From assembly GCA_907165135.1 (NCBI GenBank), contig OU015567.1, positions 8,990,001 through 9,054,000 of the forward strand: DNA of 64,000 nucleotides, read 5' to 3'. Below are positions 13,175 through 28,571 of this stretch, piece after piece; within the stretch, counting starts at the first letter, position 1; every line of letters starts with the position of its first letter. Origin of the DNA: Oikopleura dioica (Eukaryota; Animalia; Chordata). The translations under genes and the position numbers were made by a program. The notes under the pieces were generated by a model. It did not search any database and was not told where the DNA came from. It worked only from the letters and a program-made list of their open reading frames with translations.

Positions 13175-16100
13175 CTAAGCAATTTTATTCACTTTAGATT
13201 CGGAGTTCTGCAAAAAATGGCTGATAACAGGAGGTCTGCAGGAGGGCGCCGCGGGCGGTGGCGGTGGTGAGTACTCGCGCCAATCAGGCGGAGCCATAAA
13301 AGGGAACAGGGAACCAGAACACCACCAGAAATGGAGTATTACGGGCGTAATACCGCCTCGTTTATTGGATCACGACTATTCTCATTCACGTCACTAACCA
13401 ATGTCAAAATTAAACGCGAAATAATCAGAACTTCTAAAATTAGCCTCGTCGATGAAAGATTTATTTTACATTTATTTATTCTTTTTGTACAGTGAACTAT
13501 CAATATTGAGGTATTTCTTACAAGCTGAAGATTGAAACTAAAAGAAATTTGTTAAAATAACCTCAAAATTTTGGGTTTTGACAATCGAGATTTTCTGAAA
13601 AATCCTTGATTCAACTTTTGGGTTCGATTACCCTCTACTTTGTTCTATCACATGCTCAATTACCAGCAATACTTTTAAAAAATCGTATATTCCTCTGCGT
13701 CGAGTCTCTTTTCTGAGGAAACGTAAAATATTGAAATCAACGAAGAGTATTTACCTTGCGAGTCTTGAGTTAGTCTTTGGCCCGTGACCTTGCTCGGGCC
13801 AAAGCTGAGACCTAATTGGGTTAGTCGGTCTACTTCTTCGTCGGATAGATCGGAAAGGTTGAGGCTCTCGCGGGGAGGGCTAATTTTGGCTTTTGTGATG
13901 ATGGAATCTCGTCCAGTTTGAACTCCAGCTTTAGTTATTTTGTTAGATATTCTCTAGCTTTTTCTATAGTTTACCGGTTACTCCGATTGGCTTTGGCGGC
14001 GGGTCATCACGAATGGTACTCTCATCTTCAGACGTAAACCGTTCATCCTCGGATGAAGATGAAAGTTGGTTTCGCACCGGAACTGCGGTCATATTGTGAG
14101 TTGGAGCGGCAGCTTGAGTTTTATCTGTTCTTTTGTAGCTGAGAACTTTAACCGAGTTGTCGCCGTTGTGATTTGGAATCACCATCTTGTTCGTCGAAAA
14201 ATTTTAATAATGTAAAGAATATGATTTCTTACCTTTTTCGACTGTGACGATCCCATGCTATCTACACTCGGTCTTGGCTTTGCATTTTCATATTCTGGTG
14301 GCGGAGGTGTGACTTCGTGACTTTGCGTAGAGAGATTTCTCTGCGGTGGAATCGGCGGACTCTGGGCGATTTCCGGAGTCGGGGATTTCTCCACTGTGTG
14401 AGCGACTGAAGATTTTTGTAAATAATTAAGACAAATGCTCAAAAATTAATTCTTTTCCTGGAGCGTAGGACAGGTGCACGGCTAATTAGCAAATAGAGAG
14501 CACCGAATAGATAGACGATATGAGCAGAAAATACCTGATGGTTCTTCAACAACAGCAGAAAGCTCGGACGAAAAACTCTCTCCCGAAGCGCTATCTCTTT
14601 TCGGCGTCACCCCAGCGCCAGCTTGCACAGTCTCTTCAAAATATATTTTTAAAGATCAACAATCTCGCGTAAAAACCTTCAAGCCGTGTGGACGATCCAC
14701 TCGAGTTGCGCTGAAGTGTCAGGATTGCTTTCTCTTCCGAGAGTCGTTTTACTTCTTTCAACAGCCGGCGAGCTTCCTCAGCTACAAAAAAAAGTAGTTT
14801 TGTATTTCTTTTTTTTTGTGAAAGTCGTACCTTGCGCCTCGTCAAATCCATTATGCGATTTTTGACTTCGATCCGAGTATGATGACGACCTTCTTTCTCG
14901 TTCCCTCTGTTCTTTTTCTTTTTGTCTCTGAATAAATATTTTAAAACTTTGTCTCATTAACTCTTTAATAAGAATAGTTACATCCAAATTTACCTTAGCT
15001 TTTTCGAGTTTTCTCTGAAACTCTTTATCTCTCTTCTTTTGCTCAGCTTTTTTCTTCCGAGCTTCTCTTTCTCGTCTCCTCTTCTCTGCTATTTCATCGG
15101 CCTGAGAATGAATTGAAGGTCGATTTATACTGTTTTACTTACAGCTTGTTTTTTGCGAAGCGTGTTCAGAATATTTTCAGCGTTTTGCTTTGCCTCCTCT
15201 TCTTTCTGCGATTTCTCCCGTTGATTTCTCGTCTGGAGCAGTTTTTGATTCACGAGAATTGTTTTTAGGTTTTGTTCAGCTTTTTTTCTTTCAAAGTGCT
15301 CGAGAATTGAAGCCCTTCAAGTACGTCAACTTTATTTCTCGAGCACCTTCCTTTGCTCTTTTGACAATGTTCGGAGACTCTCGTCGCCTTTTTTCGGGCT
15401 TTTAAACTTTTACAAAACGATTTATAGCCTGTTCTCTATTTTGAATGACCCATGATAACCTCGGTAAAATAAGCAGATATATAAGCCCTGCCTAAATTAG
15501 CTGATAGCGCAATAGAAACAGTGTCCACTTCCTTGATTCTTGGAGTCGCGTACTCATCGTCTTCAGAAGACTTCATCGTTGAGTCGAATGAATCTTCATT
15601 TCCGGATGCTGGTCGATGAGATTGAACCGGTGGCCCCTTCGGATCAGGAATATTAAGCCTCGGTTTTAAACTCGGACATCGCCACAATTGCTCGTGATAG
15701 TACTGTGGAACGTAAACTCCGCCTTCGATAAAGTAATTTGGATCTTGGCCGGGAATCATGTCTCCATTTGCTGCCCACCGAACGGGTTCAACTTTCTTAG
15801 CATTGGGCGCGACACGAACTGGTGTCTTTGCCAAGGGATTTTGATGGACCTTCTGGTTCTGTTTTTGTGATACAGTGACTGGTGGTGTAGCAGGAACTGG
15901 TGGTGGAATGGACTTAGCAGACGAAGATGCTGACCCGAGTCGTTGGGAGTTTCCCCGATGGTATTTTGCGTCGACATCCGCTGACTGGGATCCTTCGTAT
16001 TTTAGCGGTACTCTGCTTGAAGGGCCCTTTTTAGGCGGACTACTGACATACGTTGGGGGAGGCGGAAATGAAGGATTTCGTATTGACTGTTTTACATGAA

Positions 16101-17560
16101 CAACTTGCGGCTGAACAGGTTTCGGTGGAGGAGGACTAGCATATTTCGGCGCGGGAGTGTGGTAAACTCGAGAAACGCCAATGGAGGTTGTAGGACTCGA
16201 TGAACCGTAAGAATATCCATCGCTTGATTCCTCCGAATCTTCCTCAAGGTCAAAGGTGGCACCTGACCATTCAGTGTCACAATACGCAGTCGTTCCGATC
16301 GTATTCAGGCTCATCTCGCTGCCATTCCTTTTACTCGAGCTCGGAAAAGTTTCTGACTTTGTTTTCAAAAATTTTAGCATTGTAATTTAAAAATTATCAC
16401 TTTTTCTCTTGCTTTTATTTTTTGATGAAAGAAGTGAGAGCAAGAGATGCTAAGCTAAAACGATTTGCGTGGATAAGATATTGACCCATTAGAACTGGTT
16501 TTCGTTCAATATGCTTCCAGCTCGATAAGTGGAGAATTATTGAAATAGTTAGCACTCAAGTTGTTCGTTTGCAGATCATTCCGAAATTGAATATTCGAAA
16601 GGCCACTATAAAAATCCCGCAGGTTTGCGCATTCCGACCTTGTCCCTTGTCAAGTAGTATTTAGGAAGTGGCTCTGCGCCGGTTGACTTCTGAAATGCCA
16701 AGTAAATTTCTCTGACACAGAAACTTTTCTACTTTGCTAACGCATGATTATTACCTGCGGCTCGCTAGAATGAGGATAGCCCATTTCGGAGGCCGTGTGC
16801 GCGTTGTACACATTCATCGATTTTCGCCCCGGTTGCTCCCACACAGCCTTCGGAACTCCCACTTTCTGTAAATTATTCTCCATCGACTTCACTTTGAGCG
16901 AGGAGCCCTTGATCCGCTCATAGGAGCGAGGCTCGATTTCTTCGTAATCAAGTGAATTCACGGACTTTTTCCAGTCGTCCTTGTCGGCAACAGCGGCAGA
17001 TTTATAGGCTCCTGCGACTCGGTTGTAGTCTTCTTGGAGCTTTCTTCTGCTGTTCTTTAGGTTCAATTTTCTCGAAAATTTTTTCGAAAAGAAAAAGTTA
17101 TAAATACTCTCTTCAAACAAATAATTTCTGTGGGACCCTCTTTTTTGAAGAGATTTCTTGGCAACATTCCATTCAAAGTCTGACATAGAAAAGATTGACA
17201 AATAATAAAAGAAAAAAAAATCCAAGAAAAGACTCAGATATCCCGCTGGTTAGATGATCGCCCGCATGACTAAAAACACAAGCAGCAGAATCAATTCAGA
17301 AGGATAAGCCGAATATCTTCTTGTATGAGGACAGTTCAGTTAATTAATTATGAGGCAGGGTGTAAGTTAGACTTAGGGTTTGGATTAGGGCTAGGAAAAG
17401 GCGAAATCCTGATATAATAAGGGCATTTTTGAACCATTCCTATCTCTTGAGCTTGTGTGGCTCATAGCTTCTGCATGTTTTAGCATGATTTCCGTGCCCT
17501 TTTCTTTTTTTCTTCGTTCCTCTTCGTTGATTTCTTTTGAAATTTATTCTCTCTTTTTGC
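13175..17560 (-). CDS. Multi-exon low-complexity protein (Pro/Ser-rich plus charged coiled-coil); boundaries uncertain
   Basis: Successive minus-strand ORF pieces (16737-17225, 15436-16380, 14778-14987, 14179-14442, 13964-14185) are separated by short introns; no recognisable domain. Confidence 0.45.
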
Positions 17561-18308
17561 AAAAATTTCAGAGTATATTTTTCAGATTTGAAAAATTCTT
17601 ATCTGCGCCAAGGTCAATATAGGCCTCTGCTCTGCATTGTCAGAGTTTGTTCAGGCCAAACATAATAGTAAAACGTCACGCGATCGTTCTTTTTGATTTT
17701 TTATATTTCGCGAAATCTAAGCCACACAAACGGCCATTTATACGATGATTAACTCGAGGGTCTCCTCCTCCTGGCGTCAATTATTGAAAAATTGCATTAT
17801 AAAATTGACTCGAAATTGTATTCGCTCAAACATAGGGCTAATTACTGGGGATGGGTTTATGATCTTGTGGGGAGAAAACAAGCTGGACGCTTGTCAAAAC
17901 GGAGGGAAATGGAGTTAACGATTTTTTGCTTTTATAGTTTTCCAACCTCTTAAAATGGTTTTTGCATGAAAGTAGGTGATATTTCTTTATTTTGTTAGAT
18001 TGGAAGGCGAAAACGAGGATGATTATATTTTTACAGATCGTGTTCCCGAATAATGTCTTGGTGAGCAGCTTGCCGAAGGAGATTTTCGTGAAGTAGAGCT
18101 CTTCGTTCAGCGATAATTTGATCCACACTTCTCACAACTGCTCTTTGTTTCACCAGATTTGCGGAGTTCAAGTTGTCCAGCGGGTCAGTGTCAACTTCTT
18201 TGTCTCCCATTTTAGCGTACCATGAATCCTATAAAAATTATTTTTCTGTCTAAAAATAATGTCTGAAAAAATTTACTTCAATTCGCAAAAAACAGACTAA
18301 TTAATTAT

Positions 18309-21247
18309 CTAATTGTACTTTTTAATAATCATCAACATAAGCTCATAAATAGCTATTAAAATGTTCTTAATAACATGAAAAGTAGACTCAATCCAAATAG
18401 CCTCAATAAAAGCGAGAATATTTACCTTCGAGTGATAAAGCTGTGCCAATTCTCCCAGCTCGTCATTTTGACGCAGATCGAGAATCTCCAGCGGTTTGTC
18501 TCCTCGGCTTCGGCTCCGGGTCAGCGGCATGTGGCGAATTTTATTCTTGTGCAAGTCAAGCACTTTCAGATTCTTGTTGTCGAGGATTTCAATCGGGAAC
18601 TCTTCCAGCTCGTTTTCATTGAAATAGAAGTTTTGGAGCTCCGGAGTTTCGGAAAATAATTTTCCATCAATCGACGCGATTTGATTCCTGAAATTTCGAA
18701 GTCCTTTGAAGTGGCTCAGAAATATATACCTTGAAGCATCGAATGTCTTTAAAACCGGCTTATCCTTTAGCAAATTTGATGGAATTTTCTTCAGCTTGTT
18801 TTCAGATACGAACAAAAATCGCAACTCCGTGCAATTTTGCAAGAACTTTCCGTTGATATCTTCCATGCCGTTTTCTTTTATGAAAAATGCCTTCAGCGGG
18901 CAAGAGTTTGGCAAGAAGATTTCATCGGCAATCTTCTTGATTTTATTGTTGTCGAAAATGAGCTTCGTTAGCCTGTAATTATAATGGATGATTGAGGAGC
19001 CAGGCGCGCTTACTTTTGGTTAGGGAAGAAAGTACCGGTCTTCAGCTCTTTGATGTTGTTGTGCGAAAGATTCAGAGTGAGGAGATTCTTCAAACCGCTC
19101 ATTGCTGCTTTTCCTTTTGAAGGGCTTTATATTTTCTACGGATTTTCGTTCAGTAAAATTGAAAGAGCCCGTTCCTATCCAGCTCAAATTGTTATCCTCC
19201 AAATTGAGTGTTTTCATCATCCAATGCTGCTTGTCAAACGCGTTTGTGGACATTTTTGCGACGTTATTATTCGAGAAATCGACGTGCTCGAGGTTCTTCG
19301 TACCATCGAAGATTTTCCCGGGGAGCGCTTTGAGCTTATTCCCAGCAAGGCTGATTGAATTGAGCTGTGGGAGCTTGCGGAAACCCCATTTTGAGAGTTG
19401 GAAAATATTGTTTCCGGATAAATCGAGCGTCTTTCATTCGATTTAAAAAAGGGGGATTTTTGAGGATTATTTGATTTCGCTAATACTTGAGATTGGAACG
19501 AAATTTCGGAAGTGACATTTCAAATCGTGTCTTGAGTTTGACAGCATCCTTGAGTAGTTTTTTATTGAGCGAGCCAATACGGTTGTTTGACAAGTCCAAC
19601 TGCTCCAACTTCTTCAATCCAAAGAGCAGGTCCGATCGGATGTTTTTCAATTGATTGTCCTTGAATTGGGTTCATTTAGCAAAAATGGTGCAAAGTTGAT
19701 TTACCGAAAGGTTAAGTGTTCTGAGCAAATCGTTGGTTTTGAACATGGCTTTTGGCAAATAAGAAAGGAAATTGTGGGACAAATCCAGCTCTTCGAGTCG
19801 GTAAGCACCTTCGAAAATCGGCTTTGCGATGAGAAGAATTCCAGCATTTCTCAAATTTGCCGAAGTTGTGATACCAGGGACAATGAGCTCAGAATTCTGG
19901 AAGTTCTCTTGTCTCACACCTTCGCAATCTAAACTTGCTCTAGCCTCTGCAACGAAATTATCGTCAAATCGGCACATCGACGTTTGATTAACAGTTGGGG
20001 TGAAGCACTTGTCCTCTTCATTCCAGCCAAGTGGGCACGAACAGCCACGATTTCTGACGAGCTTCTTTTTTCCGTGCTCAAGGTTGATGCACCAAGGTAA
20101 AGAGGGATTGTTAACTTTTCGTCCGATCGCGTTTCCTGATACTGGAATGCACTTCACGAGAGCATTCTTTACCCAACGACATTTGTTGTTTTTGCACACG
20201 CATTTCTTCACCTTCGGAGCTTTCTTTCTCAGTTTGAAGCCTTGAGAACAACTGCTTCTGCATTCAGCCCCTTCTTGAAATCTTCCTGCGCCACTTTGCT
20301 TGTTCTTCCCGATAAAACAGTCGATTTTTCCATTCGGCAAATCCCATGCTTTGCAGGAACCTGTTGTTAGTGGCGACTTTTTGAAAGATCGAGCCATGAT
20401 CTGGGAATTCGACTCTGACATTTCGACTGCTTGACTGTATTTGGAACGTAGATCCGCCATGTGCGCTTTTCTAGCGATGGCACGCTCGTTGTTAGGCAGG
20501 TGATCGAAGTCTTCATTTTGCTGAAAGAAAATATCAATGAACCCGACCAGAAATAAACCCTACCTTCGCAAACTCTTTTTTGATCTCGTCAAAACTCTTC
20601 CCGACGAATGGATCAAGATCGAATTCAGATGTGTCCGAAGTTTTCAACTTCACTGAAAATGGCTCCTCCAACTCTGCGAACAATTTATCTAAAAAATTGT
20701 TATGAAAGAGAAATTTTCGGGGCGGATTATTTTGAACAATGATTAAATTTCCTGTAACAGGATTTTCTAGCAATTAGCTTCCACTGTTGAGCAAGTGGAG
20801 GTAAAAGTTAAAAAGGCGCTGACATTTTGATCAAGGCAACTTGCCCCGACCACACGGATGACAACTAACCTTGTTCGTAACAGTCTGAGAAGCGAGTAGA
20901 TCCGAGCCAAGTACAGTCACCAGTTTCTTCATAACAGCTGCATTCGTCGACTCCATCGCCAGGGCCGAGGAGATCGAGTCCTTCTGGACAGGAAAATCGA
21001 CATTTGGATCCAGCAAAAGCCGAGTTTGTGCACTAAAATAATCAATATTGACGGGACTCACTGATTCCGAATCATCATCATCGAAACGAACCTCTACAAT
21101 GGCACTATTTTCAAACAACTCATCAATCGGACAAAACAAGGCTTCTCTATCCAAAACCGGATCTGGATAATTAAATCTCTTCTTGAACCTCAACTCTCTT
21201 CCCAATCCCTGCGATACATAAAGCAAGGAGCTCAAAATCTTCATCAA
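18309..21247 (-). CDS. Secreted-type leucine-rich-repeat protein with a Cys-rich (sushi-like) module
   Basis: Repeated LxxLxLxxNxL units (LEELDLSHNFLSYLP, LNLEDNNLSWI, LKVLDLHKNKIRHMP); CRSSCSQGFKL...CVC module; hydrophobic N-terminus. Confidence 0.75.
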
Positions 21248-22980
21248 ATGTGATTTTGATGCTCTCCGCTATTCAAACTCCCTCTCAAAAGTCCGATATT
21301 AAGTTTTTCTTCAAGCAACCTTATGTCCGGGATGATAGATTCCTAGCGCGAGAGCGCCACCTGCGATTTCACGAGTACCACAAATGACCGACTGGTGACC
21401 TTTTTAAAACGTGATTTTGGTGGCTGGATATCCTTGCTCGTATTTAATCATTATGATTAGTAAATTTCTTTTTAAATTTTATCACCACGAAATTTAAATA
21501 GAACAAAGGAGTCCTCCTTGATTTCAACGAAGAATTCTTCCATGAATAGATTCTCGTAAAGCTGTAATTATGATGACTATTGTTATTTCTGGTATGCCAA
21601 GTGCGCAAGTGATAACTCTACTTATCAATTCAATTCAATCGAGAATCTACCTCGGCGATCGAAAAACAACGGTAAGTTTTCAAGCAGAAAGTCACGACGA
21701 ACTTAGATCAGCAAAGTCTGCAGGCCAGGAATCGTGCCGTTGAAATCGCTTTGAACTTGGACTCACCAATTTATATATGATTCCTTCTCTTTATTATCGT
21801 TAACAGACTCTTCTGAATATTAGTGGTCGGTTTCTATCCACATGTACCGTCTAAGTAGATACAGTATTGCATGTATATTTTTACTTAATCATCATTTCCG
21901 GTCAGAGTATGCTTCACAGCTTCCGATTCAGAAGAACAATATTATATTGTTAATATACAGAGAGTTATAATAAAAAAACTTTTCACTTTTTCACTTTTTT
22001 TAACCTTCCTGAGCCTATTTTTTCTATTTTTTCGGATGCGTTGGTCATGATGTGAGTCCCGATTTCAGATTTGTTCGATCAACAATTTGTTCATAAAATA
22101 CTGTATGAATGTGTCATGTGATAATGGCTGATTCAGCCGTTTCAAACGGAAAATCCCCCGATGGATATGTTCAACCTACGCGCCTTCGATTCAGTGGGAA
22201 CCTCACGCACCCATTTAACATGAGTCGGAGTAATCTACTCCTTCGATTTGAGAGAACGCACCACTACTTCATCCTTTTTCGGAATTTTCCAGAAGAATCT
22301 GCAAATCATTTTTCTGCCACTGTCATCGCCCTTCTCCCATTTCTTTTCCGAAAAAAAATATTTTTGGAACATCAAGTTGCAACTTGGATGAGTAAAGTTG
22401 TTTCGGTGTGAGATTGATTCATTTGGTTTTTTAGGGAGTGGATGACCATAAGGAGGTGATAGTCTAGCAGGGGAGGCTTTCAGTTTGATCTTATTGATTG
22501 TATGAACTTGCCATTTTGAAACTAAAATAGAAAATATTTTCTCGCTTTAATTTATTTAATACAATTTTTATGTAATTCACAAAGTTCTGATTAATCGTAA
22601 TTCATGTTATTGAATATACATATGTAATTAACGAACCAGTATTTATTCTGAGTCAGAAGTTCTAACAGGATGTCTTTAGTAAACGCTAGCGTAAAAATCT
22701 AATTTCTCCATGTAGTAGGGTGAACCTGCCCTGGGCTAGCTAAATCCAGTGTTGCCATAATAATGAATTGCTGATGATAACAACTCTTGATAGAAAACGG
22801 CCTCTGATCAGCTCAACTTTAGCGCGCTCAAGTGGCGCAGATGAGGGCAGAAGAGCGCCCTCGAACTGTTCTTTTTATAAACAGCGGTTTTCTTCGACAC
22901 ACCTTCAGATAAAGTTCAATTTCAGACACCACGCATTTGAAAAACTTTTTACAAAAACATCAAAAACACTGAAACGAGCG

Positions 22981-25900
22981 ATGGGAGGCACAGAGCTTCC
23001 AGAAAGTCAAGCGCAGCTGCTGCAGAGTGGGAAGTTGGACGAGCGAGAGAAGCAACTCCTGGACGATACGACTTCTGGTTCAGATGAATCCAACTCGGTA
23101 AATTTTCTTATTCTTTTCTTGTCAACGAAAACACCCCCGAAACTGACCCGCGCTGGTATTCTATGATCCAAATTTTGAAGCTTCAAGTTTTCATTGATTA
23201 CTGGAATTCTAGGGCGATATTTAGAAGAAAACACATTTTTCTCTAATAAAAACACACAAGCATTAAAACTAACAGTATCAAAAATTACCTCAAACTCAAT
23301 TTTCTAACTTCAAACACTGTTATTTTTAATACTCCTTTTTTACATTTTTTCTTCTACGGGGTCTCAAAAATCTATAACTGGCTTTGAAGCTCCCTCGACA
23401 ACGCCAATACACTAAATTTACTGTATCACAATTTGGCGTTTCCATGTTAAAAAGCGTCAAATTGAGATAGTCGGTGAAATATTTTGAATTTTATGCGCTG
23501 GCCAGGGAGTATTTTTTTCGAACTATCACCAGTTATACACTAACTTGATGTTATTGTACTAGAATCGCGGCAACATTACAGATTACAATCACAAATTCGA
23601 TCATTCGCGCCCTGATCAAGCGACGAATTGGTAAATAAGTACTTTTCAACTATCACGGTCTTACTTTTGACTGTAGCTATCTTCGTTCCCTTTCCGCTCA
23701 TTTCTTTCACACGTACTTGAACTTTAACCTTTCTCGAATTGTGATTTGATCACAAATCTATCGAGTAGGGAGACGGAAGGCGCCGCGAGGGCAGCTACAG
23801 ATCGCAGAACTTTTTCTAAATGAGTGTTCAGCTTAATGATGACTTAAATGACGGCAAAAGTCCTTTGACCCGCCAAAAATGGACTAAACAACGAGAGTTC
23901 GTTTTTACGATTGTAGGGAGCGCGATCGGGCTCGGTAACGTCTGGCGCTTCCCCTACCTCTGCTACAAGTACGGTGGTGGTGCTTTCTTCGTCCCCTATT
24001 TCATCTTTCTCTTCGGAAGCGGCATTCCTATGGTAAGACATTGAGATTGGATTAGCATCAATAATCCTCTTAAGATGCTGCTGGAAATCTCCCTCGGCCA
24101 ATTCATGTCCCGTGGAGGCATTGAGGTAAGAAAACAGTTTCACGATTAGTGAGTTGGATTCTCAATTTGCGAACTTTTTCTAGTAGACACTCGACAATAC
24201 CGCTCCCCTTTATTCTTCTTGTTCCTTTTCTATCTTCGATCACGCACGTGCGCTCTTCTGAGGAGGGCGGAATTTCCCCAAGGTCGTACTCCTAGTCATT
24301 GAGCACTACAGTGTGTGTGACGCACTGTAGTTCACTTGCCCCATGAGAGTAATTGGCCTTTTCTTTACTTTCAACTACAGCTTTCAATATTAAAAAGCGG
24401 ACCCGTCGCTTTGCACTCCGTTTGGATGGAAAGCGGACAATTATATATTTATCCTTCCCGAGTCGCAGGTATTTTTAAAATGAAGTGCTTACAATCGAGT
24501 CATTTTAAGGATTTAGTGGGAGGTACTTTGATGAACCCAGAAACACTTGTCAGCTGTCACTTCGGGAATATTCTAAATTCAGAACAAGAATTCATGCGCA
24601 AGGTTATTAACACCACGCCAACACTTTAAATCATCAGTGAAATACTGTAAAGCTACGAATGAACACGAATTTCTGGTCATTAACTTTCGCGGTGGCATTT
24701 TTTTCTGAATATAAAATTCATATCAAAGGAATAAGCTTGCATTTGAGATGTTTTTGTTCATAAAAATACTTTTGATTTTCCTTGAGAGCACGTGATGAGA
24801 TCTTTGCTCCTCTTAAACTTTGCGCTTTGTTCAACACTCTTCTTTTCAGGCTTGGGATATTGCGCCCGTGTTGAAAGGCGTTGGCTACTCCTGTCTTGTT
24901 CTCGTGATGTGGATCAACATCTACTACATCGTCATTCTCTCCTGGACTCTGATCTACTTCCTCAAATCGATCACGTTGGTGTCTTTCAGTATTTCTTTTA
25001 TATTATTCCTTTTTCAAGCGGTGCAATGCCATGGAGCACTTGCGGAAACACCTGGAATACTGAATGCTGTTCGTCAGAAGTCAACAGTACTACTGGAAAG
25101 TTGGTTACCCCAGACGATTGCAATGGAACGGTAGCATTTCCCGAGAACGAGTACTGGTACAATGAAATGCTCCAGCTCACCGACGGTTTTGGCGAGATGG
25201 GATCGCTTCGACCTCCAATCGTCGGAGCCTTGGTTTTCCTCTGGTTCATCACGTTCTGCTGTATCTTCAAAGGAATAAAGAGCACTGGCAAAGCTGCGTA
25301 CGTCACCGCTACTTTCCCACTCGTCATGCTGATCATCCTTGTTGTCCGTGGCGTCAGTCTCGATGGAGCATGGATCGGAATCAGCTACTTCCTCAAGCCC
25401 GATCTCACCAAGCTCAAGAACCCCGAAGTTTGGACTCAGGCTGGCTCCCAGGTCCTCTTCAGCTACGTCAGCGGCCAGGGTGTTCTTACTTCGATGGGCT
25501 CTTACAACAAATTTTCCTTCAATGTCTTCAAGGTATAACATAAGCCTATTTCTTGTAAAAAATTTAACTCAGTGGTCAACTCGACTTTGTCTTCTGAACT
25601 TCTGCGCGTCTATGATGGCTGGTTTGGCCATTTTCTCTGTACTTGGGAACATGTGCCACTTGACCGGAATGAAAATGGAAGATGTCGCCCAGGGCGGTCC
25701 AGGACTTGCGTTCATGACATACCCAAGAGCTCTTTCCAGTCTCTGGTGTCCTCAATTATGGTAATGATTATCATCACCAATGCCCTATTGACGCATTTTT
25801 CATAGGTGTGCTTTATTCTTCGGGATGATTTTGATGCTTGGAATCGCCAGTCAGTGCGCTGAAACGGAATCAATGATTACAATGCTGACAGATTTGAAGC

Positions 25901-26589
25901 CCAAGTTTTTAACAGGCGACCAAACCGACGAACGGCCTTTGTTGCTCTCGTATGTCTGACATGTTTGTCCTTTGCTCTACCAATGGTTACAGAGGTAAAA
26001 AATAATCCATTGAATTCCGATAAACTTTGAAATACTTAGGGAGGAATGTATCTCTTCCAGTTATGCGATAGCTACGGTGCTAATGGAATCTCGCTTCTAA
26101 CGATTGTCTTCTTTGAAGCTGTCGCAGTGGCTTGGGTTTATGGAAAGGACAAGTTCTACCAAGACATGTTCAATATGTACGGCCACAAAATGGATCCCCG
26201 TCGAAGACCATGGACTTATTTTGGTTTCGCATGGAAGTGGGTTACTCCTCCTATGATTCTCGCCACTCTTGGATATGCTTTCGTCGCCTGGTCTCCTCCA
26301 ACTTATGACCGAGCTGATGGCACGTACACTTATCCTACTCTTGGTACAATCGTTGCGGTTCTGATGACGATGTCGAGTGGAATTTGCGTACCGATTTACT
26401 TCTCGATCGCATTTCTTCGAAAATACAACAAGATTCGATCAGTTCGAGAGGTAAAAGCTTTTAAAAAAATTGTGAGAAAGTTACATCAAAATTAAGACGT
26501 GGAGCTGGATAATTGAAGCTAGACTACCGAGTGACCATCCCTACTTGCAAATTCATTCTGAAAAGAAAATCGTGCGCGATGACGAATAA
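22981..26589 (+). CDS. SLC6 Na+/Cl- dependent neurotransmitter transporter (GABA/taurine-like)
   Basis: [24 protein letters not shown] signature, [19 protein letters not shown], 12-TM pattern. A probable first exon 22981-23097 splices in phase to 23832. Confidence 0.92.
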
Positions 26590-26975
26590 GATGAACAGAT
26601 TTCCATCAGGCTTTTGGATCTACTCGAACATCATGATTCATGCATCGATTCGCTCATCAATTAGTCTAATTCCCAAGATGGAAGTTCATTCCAAATCTTC
26701 TAGTTTCTAAATGATCCGTTTCCTGTTTCTTCTCTTCTCGATTCCCAACTGACGATAACTCTAAACTGGTATATATACTGAATCTCTGACAGCCATAATC
26801 ATTAAAAACCGCCAGATGGGAATGAATTACCACTTCATGGCGATTACAAACACTGCTGATATTACATATACTCGCTTTTGTTTCTCCCTCCTTTGTTAAT
26901 AATAAACTTTCAACTACACGTTCAACAACACAAAATTTGCTTTCGTTTCTTTTTAACAGCACTTTATTGACAATT

Positions 26976-28571
26976 TTAATCAACATCGATGTCTTCTGTG
27001 ACCATATCGGAATTGCATCTGTTACAGGAGCAATCAAAACCTAGCTGTGTCTTCAGCGTTTCTTGGCGCATAAATCGACTTGAAACGTTTGATACATTTG
27101 CAGCACCAGTAGTGTAGTCAAAACTTTTGCGGACTGAAAAACCTAACTCTCACGACAAGGATAAAGCTTTTTCTATCAATTTCAGCCCGTGGCAAAGCTC
27201 ATCTTCGAGGGAAATCGGAGTCAAAGCGATGATTGCTACTTTTGACGAGTTTTCGAGCATCTTTACTTTTACGTTTGGAGAGCAGCTAAAGTAATATGAC
27301 AACAAACGGGTTTTCCTTTGTTCTTACCTGTGATTAATCTTCGAATGCATAGCATAAAGAGCACGGAATTCAGAGGCAATATGAGGAGCAGCACTCTGAG
27401 TTGGTTGGGCCCCGGTATTACGAAGATACTCCTGGTATTTCTGAAGATCAAGATTGTAAAAGTTTTACAGAAACTAATATGATTTAACGAGTCTACTTTT
27501 CAGAGAATCAGGTTAAAAACATTTTTTATTTACGCGTTTTGGTTTCTGACCTTTTTTGCCCTTGCGTCAAAGTCTTTGAAGTCCTTCAATAGTTTCGCGT
27601 GCTGAATTCGTTCGAGGCACTTGATATCCTTCAGTCTTTTGATCCAGGGCGCGATTGCAGACGTCGTTCCCAGTTGAAAGTTAGCTCCACAGATTTCAGC
27701 GTATTTCAGAAGATCTGAAATTTCATAATTATATTAAAAGTTTAGAGAATTTTTTTACCATAATGGGAGTTTTCAAGAAAGACGTTTTGAGACTTGAATC
27801 GGGTGTGAACTGCTTTCGTAAATTTTTCGATATTCGGGAGTGGTCGATCTGATGTCATGTCTTCGAAGTCCTCGACGAGTTTGCTCTTTTGCTGTTTCAT
27901 GCACATCATCTTCGTTATTGCCAGTAAAGTCGCCTTTAATAAGCCAATAAAATCAAGAAAGAGAACGTGCCTACCTGATCATGAGGAGGTCCCTTGTTGA
28001 CTCGAATCCAGTTTTCAATGGACTTGTACTCTTTCCACTTTCCTCGTAGCGCATTCAAATAGTTATCGTTTGCTTCTTTGAAGCACTTAGTGGAGCAGAA
28101 CTTGAGTTCAGTTGCTTGGTCCTCGATGACATCGGGCGTTTCGTTCATGGGAATGATTTCGAAGATCTACATTTTTGATTTTGCGTCATTCAACTTCGCA
28201 AACCTTTATACGTTTCCGCTGAAGGCGACTTGCTGCTTGGTTGATGGATTCTAATGGTTTTGCGCAGTGAAAACAGCTAACTTCGCGATCTCGGGGAGCC
28301 ATCACGGCTGGCATCTCGTCGAAAATGACGTCTCCGGGGGCATATTCTAATCAAAACCGTCTTAGATCTTATTCTATATCAATACTCTTTCAATTTCACT
28401 ATTCGTGGGAGAGGCACATTCTGATAAATTATATCTTGCATGTCTGGCTGCAATAACTTGCAATAGTTTACCTTTAGTTGCAAAAACTCCACGGCCTTTC
28501 TGGGAGCAATTTCTTACTTCGTATCCGCAGCATTCTTCTCCTTCGTCGTCTATCAAAGTAAGAATTACCAT
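26976..28571 (-). CDS. SET/MYND methyltransferase, SMYD5-like
   Basis: KGRGVFATK; CFHCAKPLE...FCSTKC (split MYND); INHSC; post-SET FDCSCNRC. Confidence 0.75.

Noticed and set aside
22127-22175. Possible alternative first exon of the SLC6 gene (MADSAVSNGKSPD)
   Set aside because: No clear donor site or phase support.
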